A program made the position numbers and the translations under genes. Shown piece by piece: positions 18,678-30,196 of a DNA stretch of 64,000 nucleotides (position 1 is its first letter; the number at the start of each line of letters is the position of its first letter). The stretch is from an uncultured Desulfospira sp. (GTDB taxonomy: Bacteria > Desulfobacterota > Desulfobacteria > Desulfobacterales > Desulfobacteraceae), in contig OY760175.1 of the NCBI GenBank assembly GCA_963663165.1, forward strand, positions 4,000,001 to 4,064,000, in the 5' to 3' direction. The notes beneath the pieces were generated by a model. The model did not search any database and was not told the origin of the DNA. It saw nothing but the letters and a program-made list of their open reading frames with translations.

Positions 18678-19343
18678 ATGCCTATTATCGACGTTCAAAA
18701 AATTGAATCGGCCAGATCAACGCTTAAAAAACAAAAAATTTTTACCCTCAAAAAGCTTGTTTCAATTCTGGATTGTTCCTCCAGAACTGCCCAAACAAAA
18801 CTTAAACAGTGGAAGACCTACACAAGTTACAATCAAAACGGGAAGTATTATACTTTGCCTGAAATCCCTCAATTTGACGTTTATGGTATATGGCAATTTA
18901 AAAATGCCGCGTTCTCTAAGTATGGTAATCTAAAAAAAACCATTATCCATTTAGTGAACTCCTCATCTGAAGGGCTTACCGGCAGACAACTTGGTGAACT
19001 TCTTGGGTTATCACCACAATCCTTTGTGCATCATTTCCGTAGTTGTCCGGGTATCTGTCGAGAAAAGCACGCTGGTGTCTATGTCTACTTCTCTGACAAC
19101 ATTTCAATATTTAAAAATCAAGTAAAACAAAGGAGTTCCCTTGTCCTCCGTCAAGCGGCTATTTCCATTTCTGACCAGGAAGCAGTCATGATTCTGGTTG
19201 CTATTATCAGGCATCATGGCATATCCGCAGAAGACATTTTGGGCTTGCCGGAGATCAAAAAGAGCAAACTAAAGCCGGCTAATATCCAAGGATTTATGGA
19301 GTCTCATGAGTTGTTAAAAAAAATTCCGGATTCCAAGCATTAA
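18678..19343 (+). CDS. IS OrfA, putative DNA-binding (HTH-like) protein, 221 aa
   Basis: Lies inside the TIRs; basic, HTH-like segments (GLTGRQLGELLGLS); RBS GAGAGG; ends just after an A8 run. Confidence 0.65.
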   Translation: MPIIDVQKIESARSTLKKQKIFTLKKLVSILDCSSRTAQTKLKQWKTYTSYNQNGKYYTLPEIPQFDVYGIWQFKNAAFSKYGNLKKTIIHLVNSSSEGLTGRQLGELLGLSPQSFVHHFRSCPGICREKHAGVYVYFSDNISIFKNQVKQRSSLVLRQAAISISDQEAVMILVAIIRHHGISAEDILGLPEIKKSKLKPANIQGFMESHELLKKIPDSKH

Positions 19344-19393
19344 AACTGCTCAAAAGCTTTATCTCCAAGCTGACTGGGTCCGTCCAAACTAGT

Positions 19394-21148
19394 GTGCTAT
19401 TCTCAGCAAAGCCGACTTTGCATTTTTACCCGGAAATTTTAAAATGCCCTGATTGTAATTCTACACTCCATGTTCAGAAAACCGATACGAAGACCAGGGT
19501 CACCATGGACATCGGTGCCTATTTTGCCAAGGAAACGGTATTGTATTGCCCCCACGGTCACGGAACGTTCAGGTCCGAACAGCTTCGAAACCTTGTACCC
19601 AGGGGCGGCACTTTCGGGTTTGATGTCATTGTGGAGGTGGGGTTTGCACTTTTTGTCCGTTGTCTCAGCAATCAGGAGGTCATGGCTGAATTGGCGATCA
19701 AGAATGTATTCATCTCTGAACGGGAGATCAGCTTTCTGGGCCGTAAGTTTATCATTTATCTTGCCCTGGCTCACCGACAGAGCCGGCCGGCTCTGCGAAA
19801 GTTCTTCACAAGCAGGGGAGGATATATCCTTCATGTGGATGGAACTTGTGAAGGTGATAGCCCCAATCTATTTTGCGGCCTTGACGGACTCTCAGAACTG
19901 GTCCTTGATACGGTAAAAATTTCTTCAGAGAAAAAAGATGAGCTCATCCCATTTTTCCGTAGCATCAAAGAGCAGTATGGTGAACCAAGGGCACTCGTAC
20001 ACGATATGGGTAAAGGGATTGTCAGTGCGGTGGAGGAAGTTTTCCCAGGGACACCCGATTTTATATGTCATTTTCATTTCCTGCGTGACATTGGCAAAGA
20101 CCTGCTAGCTGATGAATATAGTTTTTTGCAGAAACGGTTAAAGAAACTCAAGGTTCGACCTGCATTGAGGAGGCAGGCCAAGTATCTTGAGAAAAAAATT
20201 GATCCGGTCGGCAAGGATATTGATGAAATTATTGAGAGCCTTCAAAGTGGGAATTGGCAGGCAACTGATTTCGATCATATCCCCACGATTATGGCATATG
20301 CTTTAATCCATTGGATATTTGACTATCCAAATCAATCCAACGGATATGGTTTCCCTTTTGACCGTCCATACCTTGATTTTTATCGACGTCTTCAAGATGT
20401 TCTCCGGTTGCTGGAACAAATCATGACCGTGAACCTCAGTGAGGCAGCAAATTTAAACAGAGCCTTTTCCCAATTATATAAAGTAGTCATAAAAGTCGTA
20501 GAAGATAAGCGTCTTAATGATCTTGCCAAAAACATGGAATCAAAGGCAGCCGTATTTGACAAGCTGCGTTGTGCTATGCGAATTGCCCTTCCTGATGGCA
20601 AAAATGGCATTAATGATAATGGCGATTCCATGAACATGAAAAGTATTGAAGAAAAAGTGACTGAATTCAGGAACTGGCTCCTTGAGAATAAACACAGACA
20701 AAAAACCTATGCTAACATGGTGGCACAGATTGACAAATACTGGGAAAAGCTCTTTGCCGACCCGATACCAGTCGTCACATCGGACGGAATTTTTACGGTC
20801 CAACCACAGAGGACGAATAACCTTCTGGAGAGATTTTTCCGGGATGAAAAACGACGAGGTCGGAAAAAAACCGGCATGGGATCGCTGAACAAAATGCTAA
20901 AAGCGGTCCTTGCCGACACGCCGCTGGTGCAAAATTTAAAAAACGACAAGTATATGGAGATTATTCTCAATGGATGTTCCAACCTGGCAGAAAGGTTTTC
21001 ACAAATTGATGCTGATCTGGTACAAAAAGAGCTGACCAAGGCGGCTGAAAACAATTGCAAAATATTCCCGGGGATCAAAAAAATGATAAGGGATACTGAA
21101 TTAACGGTAAAAATCTCAACGCTGTTTTGTCCAGCAGATGCAAAATAA
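19394..21148 (+). CDS. IS OrfB, DDE transposase (Zn-ribbon plus Mutator/IS256-like core); frame is open from 19310
   Basis: CPDC...CPHGH, LHVDGT (D1), LVHDMGKG (D2), CHFH (CxxH), RTNNLLERFFR (E). Confidence 0.82.
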   Translation: MLFSAKPTLHFYPEILKCPDCNSTLHVQKTDTKTRVTMDIGAYFAKETVLYCPHGHGTFRSEQLRNLVPRGGTFGFDVIVEVGFALFVRCLSNQEVMAELAIKNVFISEREISFLGRKFIIYLALAHRQSRPALRKFFTSRGGYILHVDGTCEGDSPNLFCGLDGLSELVLDTVKISSEKKDELIPFFRSIKEQYGEPRALVHDMGKGIVSAVEEVFPGTPDFICHFHFLRDIGKDLLADEYSFLQKRLKKLKVRPALRRQAKYLEKKIDPVGKDIDEIIESLQSGNWQATDFDHIPTIMAYALIHWIFDYPNQSNGYGFPFDRPYLDFYRRLQDVLRLLEQIMTVNLSEAANLNRAFSQLYKVVIKVVEDKRLNDLAKNMESKAAVFDKLRCAMRIALPDGKNGINDNGDSMNMKSIEEKVTEFRNWLLENKHRQKTYANMVAQIDKYWEKLFADPIPVVTSDGIFTVQPQRTNNLLERFFRDEKRRGRKKTGMGSLNKMLKAVLADTPLVQNLKNDKYMEIILNGCSNLAERFSQIDADLVQKELTKAAENNCKIFPGIKKMIRDTELTVKISTLFCPADAK

Positions 21149-21158
21149 ATACCAACCG

Positions 21159-24100
21159 TCATTTGCGGTCATAGGTTTGCGCCCCTTCAAAATCGTATTC
21201 ACTGATTGCTTTTTGAAGCTGGTCCGCCAGGGCCGTGGCGGCATTGTCCTGAATCAGGGCCTTGAGCTGACGAACCATGGTGACGGCCTCGGTATCATTG
21301 TCATCAATCATCTGCTTAAGGGACGCAAGCAGCGGTTTGACCGCTTCAGGGCCAGCAGCCTCTGAGGGCTCAACTGGCTGGTCTGCCGGCGGTTCCAGAT
21401 CCTTTATGCCCTGAACGGCTTCGGCCAGGCGGACGGCAAAGTCCTGAAGAATGTCCCGGATTTTGTGGGGCGTATCTTCTTTCAGGGCCGTATCCAGAAT
21501 CGTTGCCGCTTCAAAAAGCGGTCTGGCCCCGATATTGCCGGCAACCCCTTTAACGGTATGGGCAAGCCTCCGGGCGGTTTCCATATCCTGTACCTTTAAG
21601 GCCTGCTCAATTTTTTCCGGGACATCCCGCTGATTTTCAGCAAATTTTTCCAATAAATCCCGGTACAACACCGCATCCCCGGCCAGGCGCTCCAGTCCGT
21701 CCTCAACGTCGATTCCAGGCAAGGGGCCCAACCGGTCTGCCGTCGCGGTATGGTCTGCCTGCCCCTTAAGACCGGCCTGGGCCAAAGGATGCGGCGGGGT
21801 AATCTGGGGGACTGTGGGCTTAACCCATTTACTCAACACCGTGAGAAGTTCCCTGACATCAATGGGCTTGGCCACATGATCGTTCATCCCGGCGTCCAGG
21901 GCCTTTTCCCGGTCGCCGGTCATGGCGTTGGCGGTCATGGCGATGATGGGCAGGTCCTTGAATTTTGGATTTTTCCGGATCTCCCGGGCCGCGGTATAGC
22001 CGTTCATTTCCGGCATGTTGATATCCATGAGCACGGCGTCATAAGGGGCATTTCCTAAGGCCTCAAGGGCCAGGCGGCCGTTATCGGCCGTCTCCACCAC
22101 CAGGCCGTTGTTCTCCAGAATCCCCCGGGCCACCGCCTGGTTGACCTCGTTATCCTCGGCCACCAGAAGCCTGGCCCCCTGGATGGCCGACACACTGGGA
22201 AAGGTCTCCATCTGCCGGCCATGATGGGAAGGCCGGGAAACGGCCTTGCCGCCCAGAGTGGAAATAATGGAGTCCAGCAGTAAAGACGGAGACACCGGTT
22301 TGATCAGGTAACCGTCCAGGCCAATGCGGTCGGTCTCCTTCATCAACTCTTCCCTGGCATAGGCCGACACCATGATAATGGCAGGGACTTTTTCCCGGGA
22401 TGATGTTTTGATTTTCTCCGATGCATGCAGCCCGTCCATTCCCGGCATTTTCCAGTCCATGAGAACCAGGTCAAAGGGGTCGCCCTGCTGATCGGCCATT
22501 TCCACTTCCGCAAGGCCCGCTTCAGCGCCATGGGCCTGGGTCACCCGCAGGCCCATGGCCTCCAGCATCTTATCCAGAACCGTGCGGCAAACGTAATTGT
22601 CATCCACCACCAGAACCTTTTTCTTCTGAATTCCGGTGCCGGGCAGGTATGATGTAATGGATTGGGTATCTGCGGTTTCTAACCGGACGGTAAAGGAAAA
22701 GGTGGTCCCCTTTCCATATTCGCTTTCCACCCAGATCCGGCCGTTCATCATTTCCACCAGAGACTCGCTGATAAAAAGGCCAAGGCCGGTGCCGCCGTAT
22801 TTGCGGGTGGTGGAGGAATCGGCCTGGGAAAAGGCCTCAAAAAGCTTGGCCAGATGTTCTTTGGTCATCCCGATGCCGGTGTCTTTTACATAAAATTTGA
22901 GTTCCGCTTCGTCTGAGTCCGCCGCCAGCAATGAGCAGCCCAGAACAATTTCCCCTTTTTCCGTAAACTTGACCGCATTATTGGTCAGGTTGATCAAAAC
23001 CTGGCCTAAACGGATGGGGTCGCCGATGAGCATCTGGGGAATAGACGGCTCAATATTGTAAACCACCTCCAGCCCTTTTTCCTGGGCCTTGATCCCCACC
23101 AGGTTGGTCACAGTGTCTAAAACATCCTCCAGGGAAAATTCAATGCTTTCCATATTCAGTTTCCCGGCTTCAATCTTACTGAAATCCAAAATGTCGTTAA
23201 TCACGCCCAGCAGGGCTTTGGAGCCGGTCTGAATTTTCTGGATATAATCAAACTGGAGGGGATCAAGGGCGGTTTGAAGGGCCAGATGGGCAAACCCGAT
23301 AACCGCGTTTAAGGGGGTCCGGATTTCATGGCTCATGTTGGCCAGAAAATCGCTTTTGGCCTTGGTGGCCTCTTCAGCCACCAGCCTTGCTTCCTCAAGG
23401 TCAGCGGTCCGCTCCCTTACCAGTTCCTCAAGGTGATCCCGGTAGTCTTTGAGTTCCTTTTCCACTTTTTTTAACGGGCTGATATCCTTGGACATGGTGG
23501 CAATCCCCATGGGTGCCCCCTTCTCATCCTTAAGCAAAGAAATAGTAAGAAGCGTCGGGATAACCTCACCGTCTTTCCTGGCCCTCATCCATTCAAAATT
23601 CTGAATCACCTCCCCGTTGATACAGCGGAGAATCAACTCCAGTCCGCGGTCATGAACGGCTTTTTCGTTGGGAACAAGAAGGCTTAAGTGCTTCCCGAGA
23701 AGCTCTTCTCTGGTATACCCATAGGCTGGAATTGAGGATTCGTTCATATCAATAATATGAAGGGACAGATCCATTATCAGGATGGGATCGGCACCGTCTT
23801 TAAAAACCTTGGACATGAACCTGAGTTCGCGCTCAGCTTCTTTTTGTTCCGTAATGTCCTTGGTGGCACCGGCAAGGCCAATGATCCGGCCGTTTTTATC
23901 CAATACCGGCTCATAGGCTGCAGAAACCCATACCTCGCGGTTATCTTTATGCCGGACACGCAACTGCACCTCCTGCCGGCCCTGGCCGGAAAGCGCCATG
24001 TCGGCATGCTTTTGAAAAAGGTCCCAGTCCTGTTCATCAATCAGCGGCCTGGGATAGTCCGTCATTGCCATGCACTCTTTGACAGAATAACCGGTGATCC

Positions 24101-25235
24101 GCTCAACCGCCGGGTTCAGCCAGATCAGGTTGCCGTCAAGATCCCGCCAGGACTGCCAGTCATAGGTATGTTCCGATATAACCCGCAGCCGCTCCTCGCT
24201 TTTCCTGAGGTCTTCTTCGGTTCTTTTTTGGATGGCAATCTGTTTTTGCAGCCGCCGGTTGGCGGCCAGAGTCACCAGGATGATGACCAGAACGGCAAGG
24301 GCTGCCGGAACCCCGACAATGAGAATTTTTTCCCAGTCAATCTTTTTTTCAAAATCAATGGAAATCCATTGGTTGTGGATGGCCGCGGTTTCCCGGGGGG
24401 TGAACGAGGCGATCGCCTTATTGAGAATGCCCGTTAATACAGGCCAGTCCTTGCGCACCCCTATCCGCAGCCGTGAATCAAACTCTTCCACTATGCCCAC
24501 AATTTTGAGCTGGGTTAAACTGTGTTTTTGAATAAGATAGGCGGCATCGGCGGCGCTGATGACAAATACGGCTGCCCGGCCCTGGGCCACGGCGCGCATC
24601 CCCTGCAAAGGGGTCTGGACATCCACCAGGGTCAACCCCGGATAGAGCAGGGGCAATTTTTTCCGGATGAAATACGGTTCCACCACCGCCACTTTCTGGC
24701 CGTAATAATCGGTGATCTTTCCTGGAGACGGCTTGTCCTTGTCCCCCACCAGGACCCAGGGAAAATCAAGATATGTCTGGGTAAAATCAAGAAAGGCGTC
24801 CCGCTCCCTGGTCTGCATCAGGCTGGCAATGAACCCGATCTGCTTTTGCCGGGCAGCCGCCATGATCTGGGGCCATAAAAGGGGGGAACCGTCTTCGTTG
24901 TCCAGGGGCTTAAAGGTGACCTCAAGCCGGTTTTCGATCAGTTTAAGGTAATCGGCAACCATTCCCTGGGCCCGGCCCTGGTCATCAATGAATTCAAAGG
25001 GCGGGCGGTTGGCGGCAAACCCGATGCGAATCACCGGATGGGCCTTCAAAAAAGCCTGCTCTTCCAGGGTCAGGCGGTCAAGAAAAGAAGAATTCTTTTC
25101 TTCAGCCGCTGCATGGGCCATGGCAACAAAGGGCATATCACCGAAAGGAACAGCGTTGCCGGACCTGGACAGGCCGGGAACGCCGCCAAAAAACACAAAT
25201 TGGACCGTAAAAGACAAGAGAATTAGAATTCGCAT
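21159..25235 (-). CDS. Hybrid sensor histidine kinase (PBPb-TM-PAS-PAS-HisKA-HATPase-REC-REC-Hpt); last residues supplied by the IS end
   Basis: [36 protein letters not shown], two receivers (LMDWKMP, LMDINMP), Hpt [13 protein letters not shown]. Confidence 0.93.
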   Translation of the reverse strand: MRILILLSFTVQFVFFGGVPGLSRSGNAVPFGDMPFVAMAHAAAEEKNSSFLDRLTLEEQAFLKAHPVIRIGFAANRPPFEFIDDQGRAQGMVADYLKLIENRLEVTFKPLDNEDGSPLLWPQIMAAARQKQIGFIASLMQTRERDAFLDFTQTYLDFPWVLVGDKDKPSPGKITDYYGQKVAVVEPYFIRKKLPLLYPGLTLVDVQTPLQGMRAVAQGRAAVFVISAADAAYLIQKHSLTQLKIVGIVEEFDSRLRIGVRKDWPVLTGILNKAIASFTPRETAAIHNQWISIDFEKKIDWEKILIVGVPAALAVLVIILVTLAANRRLQKQIAIQKRTEEDLRKSEERLRVISEHTYDWQSWRDLDGNLIWLNPAVERITGYSVKECMAMTDYPRPLIDEQDWDLFQKHADMALSGQGRQEVQLRVRHKDNREVWVSAAYEPVLDKNGRIIGLAGATKDITEQKEAERELRFMSKVFKDGADPILIMDLSLHIIDMNESSIPAYGYTREELLGKHLSLLVPNEKAVHDRGLELILRCINGEVIQNFEWMRARKDGEVIPTLLTISLLKDEKGAPMGIATMSKDISPLKKVEKELKDYRDHLEELVRERTADLEEARLVAEEATKAKSDFLANMSHEIRTPLNAVIGFAHLALQTALDPLQFDYIQKIQTGSKALLGVINDILDFSKIEAGKLNMESIEFSLEDVLDTVTNLVGIKAQEKGLEVVYNIEPSIPQMLIGDPIRLGQVLINLTNNAVKFTEKGEIVLGCSLLAADSDEAELKFYVKDTGIGMTKEHLAKLFEAFSQADSSTTRKYGGTGLGLFISESLVEMMNGRIWVESEYGKGTTFSFTVRLETADTQSITSYLPGTGIQKKKVLVVDDNYVCRTVLDKMLEAMGLRVTQAHGAEAGLAEVEMADQQGDPFDLVLMDWKMPGMDGLHASEKIKTSSREKVPAIIMVSAYAREELMKETDRIGLDGYLIKPVSPSLLLDSIISTLGGKAVSRPSHHGRQMETFPSVSAIQGARLLVAEDNEVNQAVARGILENNGLVVETADNGRLALEALGNAPYDAVLMDINMPEMNGYTAAREIRKNPKFKDLPIIAMTANAMTGDREKALDAGMNDHVAKPIDVRELLTVLSKWVKPTVPQITPPHPLAQAGLKGQADHTATADRLGPLPGIDVEDGLERLAGDAVLYRDLLEKFAENQRDVPEKIEQALKVQDMETARRLAHTVKGVAGNIGARPLFEAATILDTALKEDTPHKIRDILQDFAVRLAEAVQGIKDLEPPADQPVEPSEAAGPEAVKPLLASLKQMIDDNDTEAVTMVRQLKALIQDNAATALADQLQKAISEYDFEGAQTYDRK

Positions 25236-25531
25236 TATCGTCTCCTGGACACAAAAATATTGAGGGCTTGGTTCGAGAATACGGCAGGGGCTTTTGGTTT
25301 GTCAAGGCAATGTAAAAAACGAAGCCTGAAAGACCGGGGGTTGCGTAAGCCCGGGTTTGCACTTCCGGTATGCGGTCTGCCGGCTTCCGGTCTCCATCCT
25401 CCGGTTTCCGTTCAATTGTATTGGAAACCGCCGCCAAAAATGGTATTCAAAAAACTCAAACGGGCAAAGCCCAACCAAAGGAAAGGGGCTGAAAACGGTT
25501 TGAGCCCAAATACCTGGAATCGAGAGGCGTA

Positions 25532-26599
25532 ATGGAAGATTTTGAACAGAAATTGGTAGACATATTAAATTATGGTTCCCTTAATCTGGCCATCGGCATT
25601 GGATATAAGCATCAAATCTTTGATGTGATGGAAGATCTGGCAAAGCCTGCTTCTGTTTCGGATCTTGCCGAAGCAACGGGTTTAAACCAGCGGTATTTAA
25701 GGGAGTGGCTGGGTATCATGGCCACCGGAAAAATTGTTGAACTTGCCGGCAATCCAGATGAACCCGAATTATATGTGCTGCCCAAGGCCCATGCCGATGT
25801 GCTGACCCGGAAGGCGGGAAACAATAACCTGGGGGTGTATGCCCAGGAGATCCCGCTGCTCACCCTCTCGGCCCTGGAAGGGGTGCAAAAGGGGTTTGTG
25901 ACCGGAGGCGGGGTGCCGTTTTCCGCCTACCCCGACTTTCAGGACTTTATGGCTCAGCTTGCCGATGCAAAGCATGAACAGACCCTGACCCGGGACTTTC
26001 TGCCCTCAGTGGACAATGGGGGCCTGGTCCGGCGGCTGGAAAAGGGCATCCGGGTGTGCGACCTGGGATGCGGCCAGGGTGTGGCCTTAAAACTGATGGC
26101 AAAGGCCTTCCCCAAATCCGAATTTGTGGGGATCGATAATCACAAAGAGGCCATCCGGACGGCCAGGGACGGAATTGACGGCCGGCCCAACCTGGAATTT
26201 GTCATTGAAGATGCGGCCCTGATAAAGGATAAACGCCATTATAAAGCGAGGTTCGACTATGTGACGGCCTTTGACGCCATCCATGACCAGCCCCATCCCT
26301 TCCAGGCCCTTGAAGGGGTCCGCCACATGCTGGCACCGGGCGGGATGTTTTCCATGGTGGATATCAAGGCCGGCTCCCGGCACCGGGATAACATTGATCA
26401 CCCCATGGGCCCCTTTCTTTATACGGTCAGCCTCATGCACTGCATGCCCATCGGCCTTAATGACAATGGTATGGGCTTAGGGATGATGTGGGGCCGGCAA
26501 ACCGCCTGCAAGCTTTTGGAACAGGCCGGATTTGATCAGGTAGAGGTTTTGGATATTCCCAATGATGGATTTAATTTGCATTATTTGTGCAGGATTTAA
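25532..26599 (+). CDS. Class I SAM-dependent methyltransferase with N-terminal winged HTH
   Basis: LAEATGLNQRYLREWL, CDLGCGQG, FDAIHD, LYTVSLMHC. Confidence 0.85.
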   Translation: MEDFEQKLVDILNYGSLNLAIGIGYKHQIFDVMEDLAKPASVSDLAEATGLNQRYLREWLGIMATGKIVELAGNPDEPELYVLPKAHADVLTRKAGNNNLGVYAQEIPLLTLSALEGVQKGFVTGGGVPFSAYPDFQDFMAQLADAKHEQTLTRDFLPSVDNGGLVRRLEKGIRVCDLGCGQGVALKLMAKAFPKSEFVGIDNHKEAIRTARDGIDGRPNLEFVIEDAALIKDKRHYKARFDYVTAFDAIHDQPHPFQALEGVRHMLAPGGMFSMVDIKAGSRHRDNIDHPMGPFLYTVSLMHCMPIGLNDNGMGLGMMWGRQTACKLLEQAGFDQVEVLDIPNDGFNLHYLCRI

Positions 26600-26607
26600 A
26601 AGAACCC

Positions 26608-29025
26608 ATGGATATTTCAATAGATTTTGATGCCATCACCGAACTGCTGATATCGGCAGACCGGGACGGCCGTAACTTTTTATATGAATATGAGGTGTAC
26701 CGCCTTCTTTCAAGATCAGGCGCGGAAACGCCGCCCCAAACCCGGTTGATTCAACGGACCGACCGGCTTTCAGACCAGGATCTGACTGCTTTTGCCGGCA
26801 CCAAAGCCGTCTTAAAGGTGGTTTCGGAAACCATTATCCACAAAACCGAGGCCGGGGGGGTCAAGGTGGTGGATATGGATGCCAATAAAATCCGGTCCGC
26901 CATCCGGCGGATGTTTTACGAAGTCCCGGAAAATTACGTCAACTGGCTTAAAAAGGGCGTGGCATCCATGCCCGAGCGGTATAAGGATCTTTCCGGGGAC
27001 GACCTGACGGCGGCGGTGAGCCGGGACATCAAGGGGATCCTTCAGGTTCAGTTTATGCCGCCGGATTCAGAGGCCTTTGGAAACGAACTGATTGTGGGGC
27101 TGCGCCATACCCGGGAATTTGGCACCATCTTGAGTGCCGGATTAGGGGGAACCGATACCGAGCTTTATGCCAAACGGTTTCGGAAGGGCCAGGCCATTGT
27201 GGCCGCCTCAACCAGAATGATTGACGGGGAAGGCTTTTTTGATATTTTCAAGAAGACCATTTCCTACCGGAAGCTGGCAGGCCTGACCCGGGGGCAGCGG
27301 CGGATTGTCACCGACGAACAGCTCATTGAGTGTTTTGAATCCTTTATCTGCATTGGCAACTACTACTCTCCGTTAAATCCGGACGCCCCCTTTGTCATTG
27401 ATGAACTGGAAATCAACCCCTTTGCCTTTACCGATTACCTCATGGTTCCTTTAGACGGGCTGTGCCGGTTTTCAAAGGTATTTTCCCTGCCGGCCCAACG
27501 GCCGGTCGAAAAAATTGATGCCCTGCTCCACCCTGAAAAAATCGGGATTATCGGGGTGTCTGAAACCCGGAAAAACTTTGGCCGGATTATTCTGGACAAT
27601 ATTCTGGCCCAGGGGTTTGAAAAGAAAAACCTGGTTATTATCAAGGACAAGACCCGGGAAATAGACGGGGTGGCCTGCCTGCCCGGCCTTTCAGAGTTAA
27701 CGGAACCCCTGGATTTGTTTATTGTTGCTGTAGGGGCGGACCATGTACCGGATCTGGTTCAGGAGATTATGGCACTTAATGCCGCCAAAACCGTCATGCT
27801 CATTGCCGGCGGATTAGGGGAAACCCATGACAGCAAAGATAAGGCCGGGCAGGTGGCCTCAAAAATCAACGAAGCCCATTTGAAAGGCGACGGCGGCCCG
27901 GTGTTCCTGGGGGCAAACTGCATGGGCGTTATTTCCAAGCCCGGCCGGTACGATACCTGGTTTATCCCCGAGGAAAAATTGCCCAAAAACCGGCAGGACC
28001 TGGTCCACAGAGCTGCCCTGATCAGCCAGAGCGGGGCATTCATGCTTCACCGCAGCCATCAGTGCCCAAAGCTTTCCCCAGCCTATATGATTTCCATGGG
28101 CAACCAGACCGACTTGACCCTGGGAGACATGGTCCGGTATTTCAAGGATTCGGACCAGGTGGATGTCATTGCGGTGTATGCCGAAGGGTTTAACGACCTG
28201 GACGGGTTATCCTTCTGCCAGGCGGTGAGGCAGGCGGTTCTGGCCGGAAAAGATGTGGTGTTTTACAAGGCCGGGCGGACCCCTGAAGGTAAAGCGGCCA
28301 CCGCAAGCCATACCGCATCCCTGGCCGGGGATTACATGGTCTGTGAAAGCTGCGTGTCCCAGGCCGGTGCCATTGTGGCCAGAAATTTTACGGAATTTCA
28401 GGACATCATGCTGCTGGCGGAAACCTTGAGCCCGAAAGAAATTAACGGAACCCGCCTGGCCGCCGTTTCCGGGGCAGGGTTTGAAGCCGTGGGTATGGCC
28501 GACTCCATCCAGTCCGATGATTTTAACATGAATCTGGCCGTGTTCCAGGACCAGACCCGGGATGAAATTTTGCAGGTCCTCAAAGAAAAAAAGCTGGATA
28601 AGCTGGTGACCCTGTCCAACCCCCTGGACATTAACCCGTCCGCCGATGACGATGCCCATGCCAGGATTGCCGGAATCCTGTCCAAAGACCCGGGGGTGGA
28701 TGCCGTGGTCATCAGCCTGGACCCCATGTCACCTGCCATGAAGACCCTTGATGGAAAAGACGGCTCCATTTATGATATGAACCATGAAAAGGGGATCTTA
28801 AATCTCATGGCCGATCTTGCCAGAAAAAGCCGGACCCCCATTGTCACGGTGGTGGACGGGGGACAGCTTTATGATCCGCTGCGAAATACCCTCATGGGCC
28901 GGGGGGTTCCGGTTTTCAGGGTCTGTGACAAAGCCGTGGCGGCCCTTTCGCTGTATATTCAGGGCCGGATGAGGGCCGAGGCCATAAGGAAAGCGGCCGG
29001 TACGCACCTGTCTTTTAACAATTGA
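26608..29025 (+). CDS. ADP-forming acetate/acyl-CoA ligase (ATP-grasp + CoA-binding + ligase domains)
   Basis: HKTEAGGV, ELEINP, IGIIGVS, GANCMG, SQSGA, SHTASLAG (phospho-His), NPLD. Confidence 0.88.
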   Translation: MDISIDFDAITELLISADRDGRNFLYEYEVYRLLSRSGAETPPQTRLIQRTDRLSDQDLTAFAGTKAVLKVVSETIIHKTEAGGVKVVDMDANKIRSAIRRMFYEVPENYVNWLKKGVASMPERYKDLSGDDLTAAVSRDIKGILQVQFMPPDSEAFGNELIVGLRHTREFGTILSAGLGGTDTELYAKRFRKGQAIVAASTRMIDGEGFFDIFKKTISYRKLAGLTRGQRRIVTDEQLIECFESFICIGNYYSPLNPDAPFVIDELEINPFAFTDYLMVPLDGLCRFSKVFSLPAQRPVEKIDALLHPEKIGIIGVSETRKNFGRIILDNILAQGFEKKNLVIIKDKTREIDGVACLPGLSELTEPLDLFIVAVGADHVPDLVQEIMALNAAKTVMLIAGGLGETHDSKDKAGQVASKINEAHLKGDGGPVFLGANCMGVISKPGRYDTWFIPEEKLPKNRQDLVHRAALISQSGAFMLHRSHQCPKLSPAYMISMGNQTDLTLGDMVRYFKDSDQVDVIAVYAEGFNDLDGLSFCQAVRQAVLAGKDVVFYKAGRTPEGKAATASHTASLAGDYMVCESCVSQAGAIVARNFTEFQDIMLLAETLSPKEINGTRLAAVSGAGFEAVGMADSIQSDDFNMNLAVFQDQTRDEILQVLKEKKLDKLVTLSNPLDINPSADDDAHARIAGILSKDPGVDAVVISLDPMSPAMKTLDGKDGSIYDMNHEKGILNLMADLARKSRTPIVTVVDGGQLYDPLRNTLMGRGVPVFRVCDKAVAALSLYIQGRMRAEAIRKAAGTHLSFNN

Positions 29026-29036
29026 TTTAATGGTTT

Positions 29037-29471
29037 ATGGTTAGCTATTTGAAAAATCTTTTCAGGAAAAAAGAGCCCCGCCGCCAAGGGGAAATTCCCG
29101 CTGACGGACAGGGGCCAATCCAGCCGGACAGGCCTGTGGGGCCCTGGATCGGTGTTGACCTGGACGGGACCCTGGCCGTGTACACCCGGGGCATGGCACT
29201 GAAGGAGATCGGAGAACCGGTGCCGGCCATGGTGGCCCTGGTCCGGAAAATGATCAACAACGGGGTCCGGGTTAAAATTTTTACGGCAAGGGCCGGCGAT
29301 GAAACACAGGTGCCCATTATTCACAAGTGGCTAAAATCAAACGGGCTTCCTGAACTTGAAATCACCAACATAAAAGATTACGATATGCTCAGGCTCTATG
29401 ACGACAGATGCATTCAGGTCGAAGCCAATACCGGCCGGCTGATGGTTGACCAAAAAGGGGGTCCAGGATGA
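29037..29471 (+). CDS. Small HAD-superfamily protein
   Basis: WIGVDLDGTLA (motif I), IFTAR (motif II), LYDDR (motif IV). Confidence 0.7.
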   Translation: MVSYLKNLFRKKEPRRQGEIPADGQGPIQPDRPVGPWIGVDLDGTLAVYTRGMALKEIGEPVPAMVALVRKMINNGVRVKIFTARAGDETQVPIIHKWLKSNGLPELEITNIKDYDMLRLYDDRCIQVEANTGRLMVDQKGGPG

Positions 29472-30196
29472 AATATCTTTACATTATTGCCGGGATTCTG
29501 ATTATCTTTTCCGGGATAGCCGCTTATAACCTAACCCATACCCGGGTGAAGGTCTCAAAACCGTTTCTGGTGGTCAACGACCGGATCATGACCCGGGCTG
29601 AAGTCCAAGCCCTGATCAAAGAACAACCAGGGGACAAATCCATGCCGGCCGGCATCGAGTCTGTCATCACCCATCAGCTTCTGATCCAGGAGGCCTTAAA
29701 ACAGGGGATCAGCAAAGAAGAACCCTTTCGCCGTGCCGTTGAAAAATATTATGAACAATCCCTGGTCAAGTTCCTGGTTGACCGCAAGCTAAAATCCTTT
29801 AAAGCGGACGCGACCAAAGAAGAAATAGACCGCTACCTTTTGTTATGCCAGAAACGGGTGGTGGTATCCAAATTCGAATACCCCTCCATGAAAGAGGCCA
29901 ACTCCGGGAAAAAGACGGATCCCAAGAGAATAGAAGCGGATTTTACCCAGTTGCCCGGTGACATCAAATTATCGCTGCTAACCTTGAAAAAAGGACGGGC
30001 TTCTTTGCCGGCAGAATCGGCAGGCCGCGTCTTTGTCCTGAGGCTCGACGATGTGCAGCCCGTTCAGGGCGATCAGATCGTTTCTATTGATATCAACGAG
30101 GCTAAGGCCTTTATTCTAAAAAAGAAAAAAGAGAATATGATGGCCGCCTGGATCCGAAAATTAAAAAACAATGCCGAAATCTGGAGGGAAAAATGA
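29468..30196 (+). CDS. Membrane-anchored SurA-N/PPIase-like protein
   Basis: N-terminal TM, VVNDRIMT, HQLLIQEALKQGI, C-terminal WIRKLKNNAEI. Confidence 0.55.
   Translation: MKYLYIIAGILIIFSGIAAYNLTHTRVKVSKPFLVVNDRIMTRAEVQALIKEQPGDKSMPAGIESVITHQLLIQEALKQGISKEEPFRRAVEKYYEQSLVKFLVDRKLKSFKADATKEEIDRYLLLCQKRVVVSKFEYPSMKEANSGKKTDPKRIEADFTQLPGDIKLSLLTLKKGRASLPAESAGRVFVLRLDDVQPVQGDQIVSIDINEAKAFILKKKKENMMAAWIRKLKNNAEIWREK

Larger units (their letters stand above)
18468..21175 (+). mobile_element. Two-ORF DDE insertion sequence, 2708 bp, family not assigned
   Basis: 24-bp TIRs CCTATAACCGCAAATGACAGTTGG / reverse complement CCTATGACCGCAAATGACGGTTGG (2 mismatches); TTTGCG duplicated at 18462-18467 and 21176-21181. 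Confidence 0.9.

Noticed and set aside
29037..29471. HAD protein as a sign of a prophage
   Set aside because: No phage structural, replication or integrase genes nearby; it is embedded in a host-like operon.
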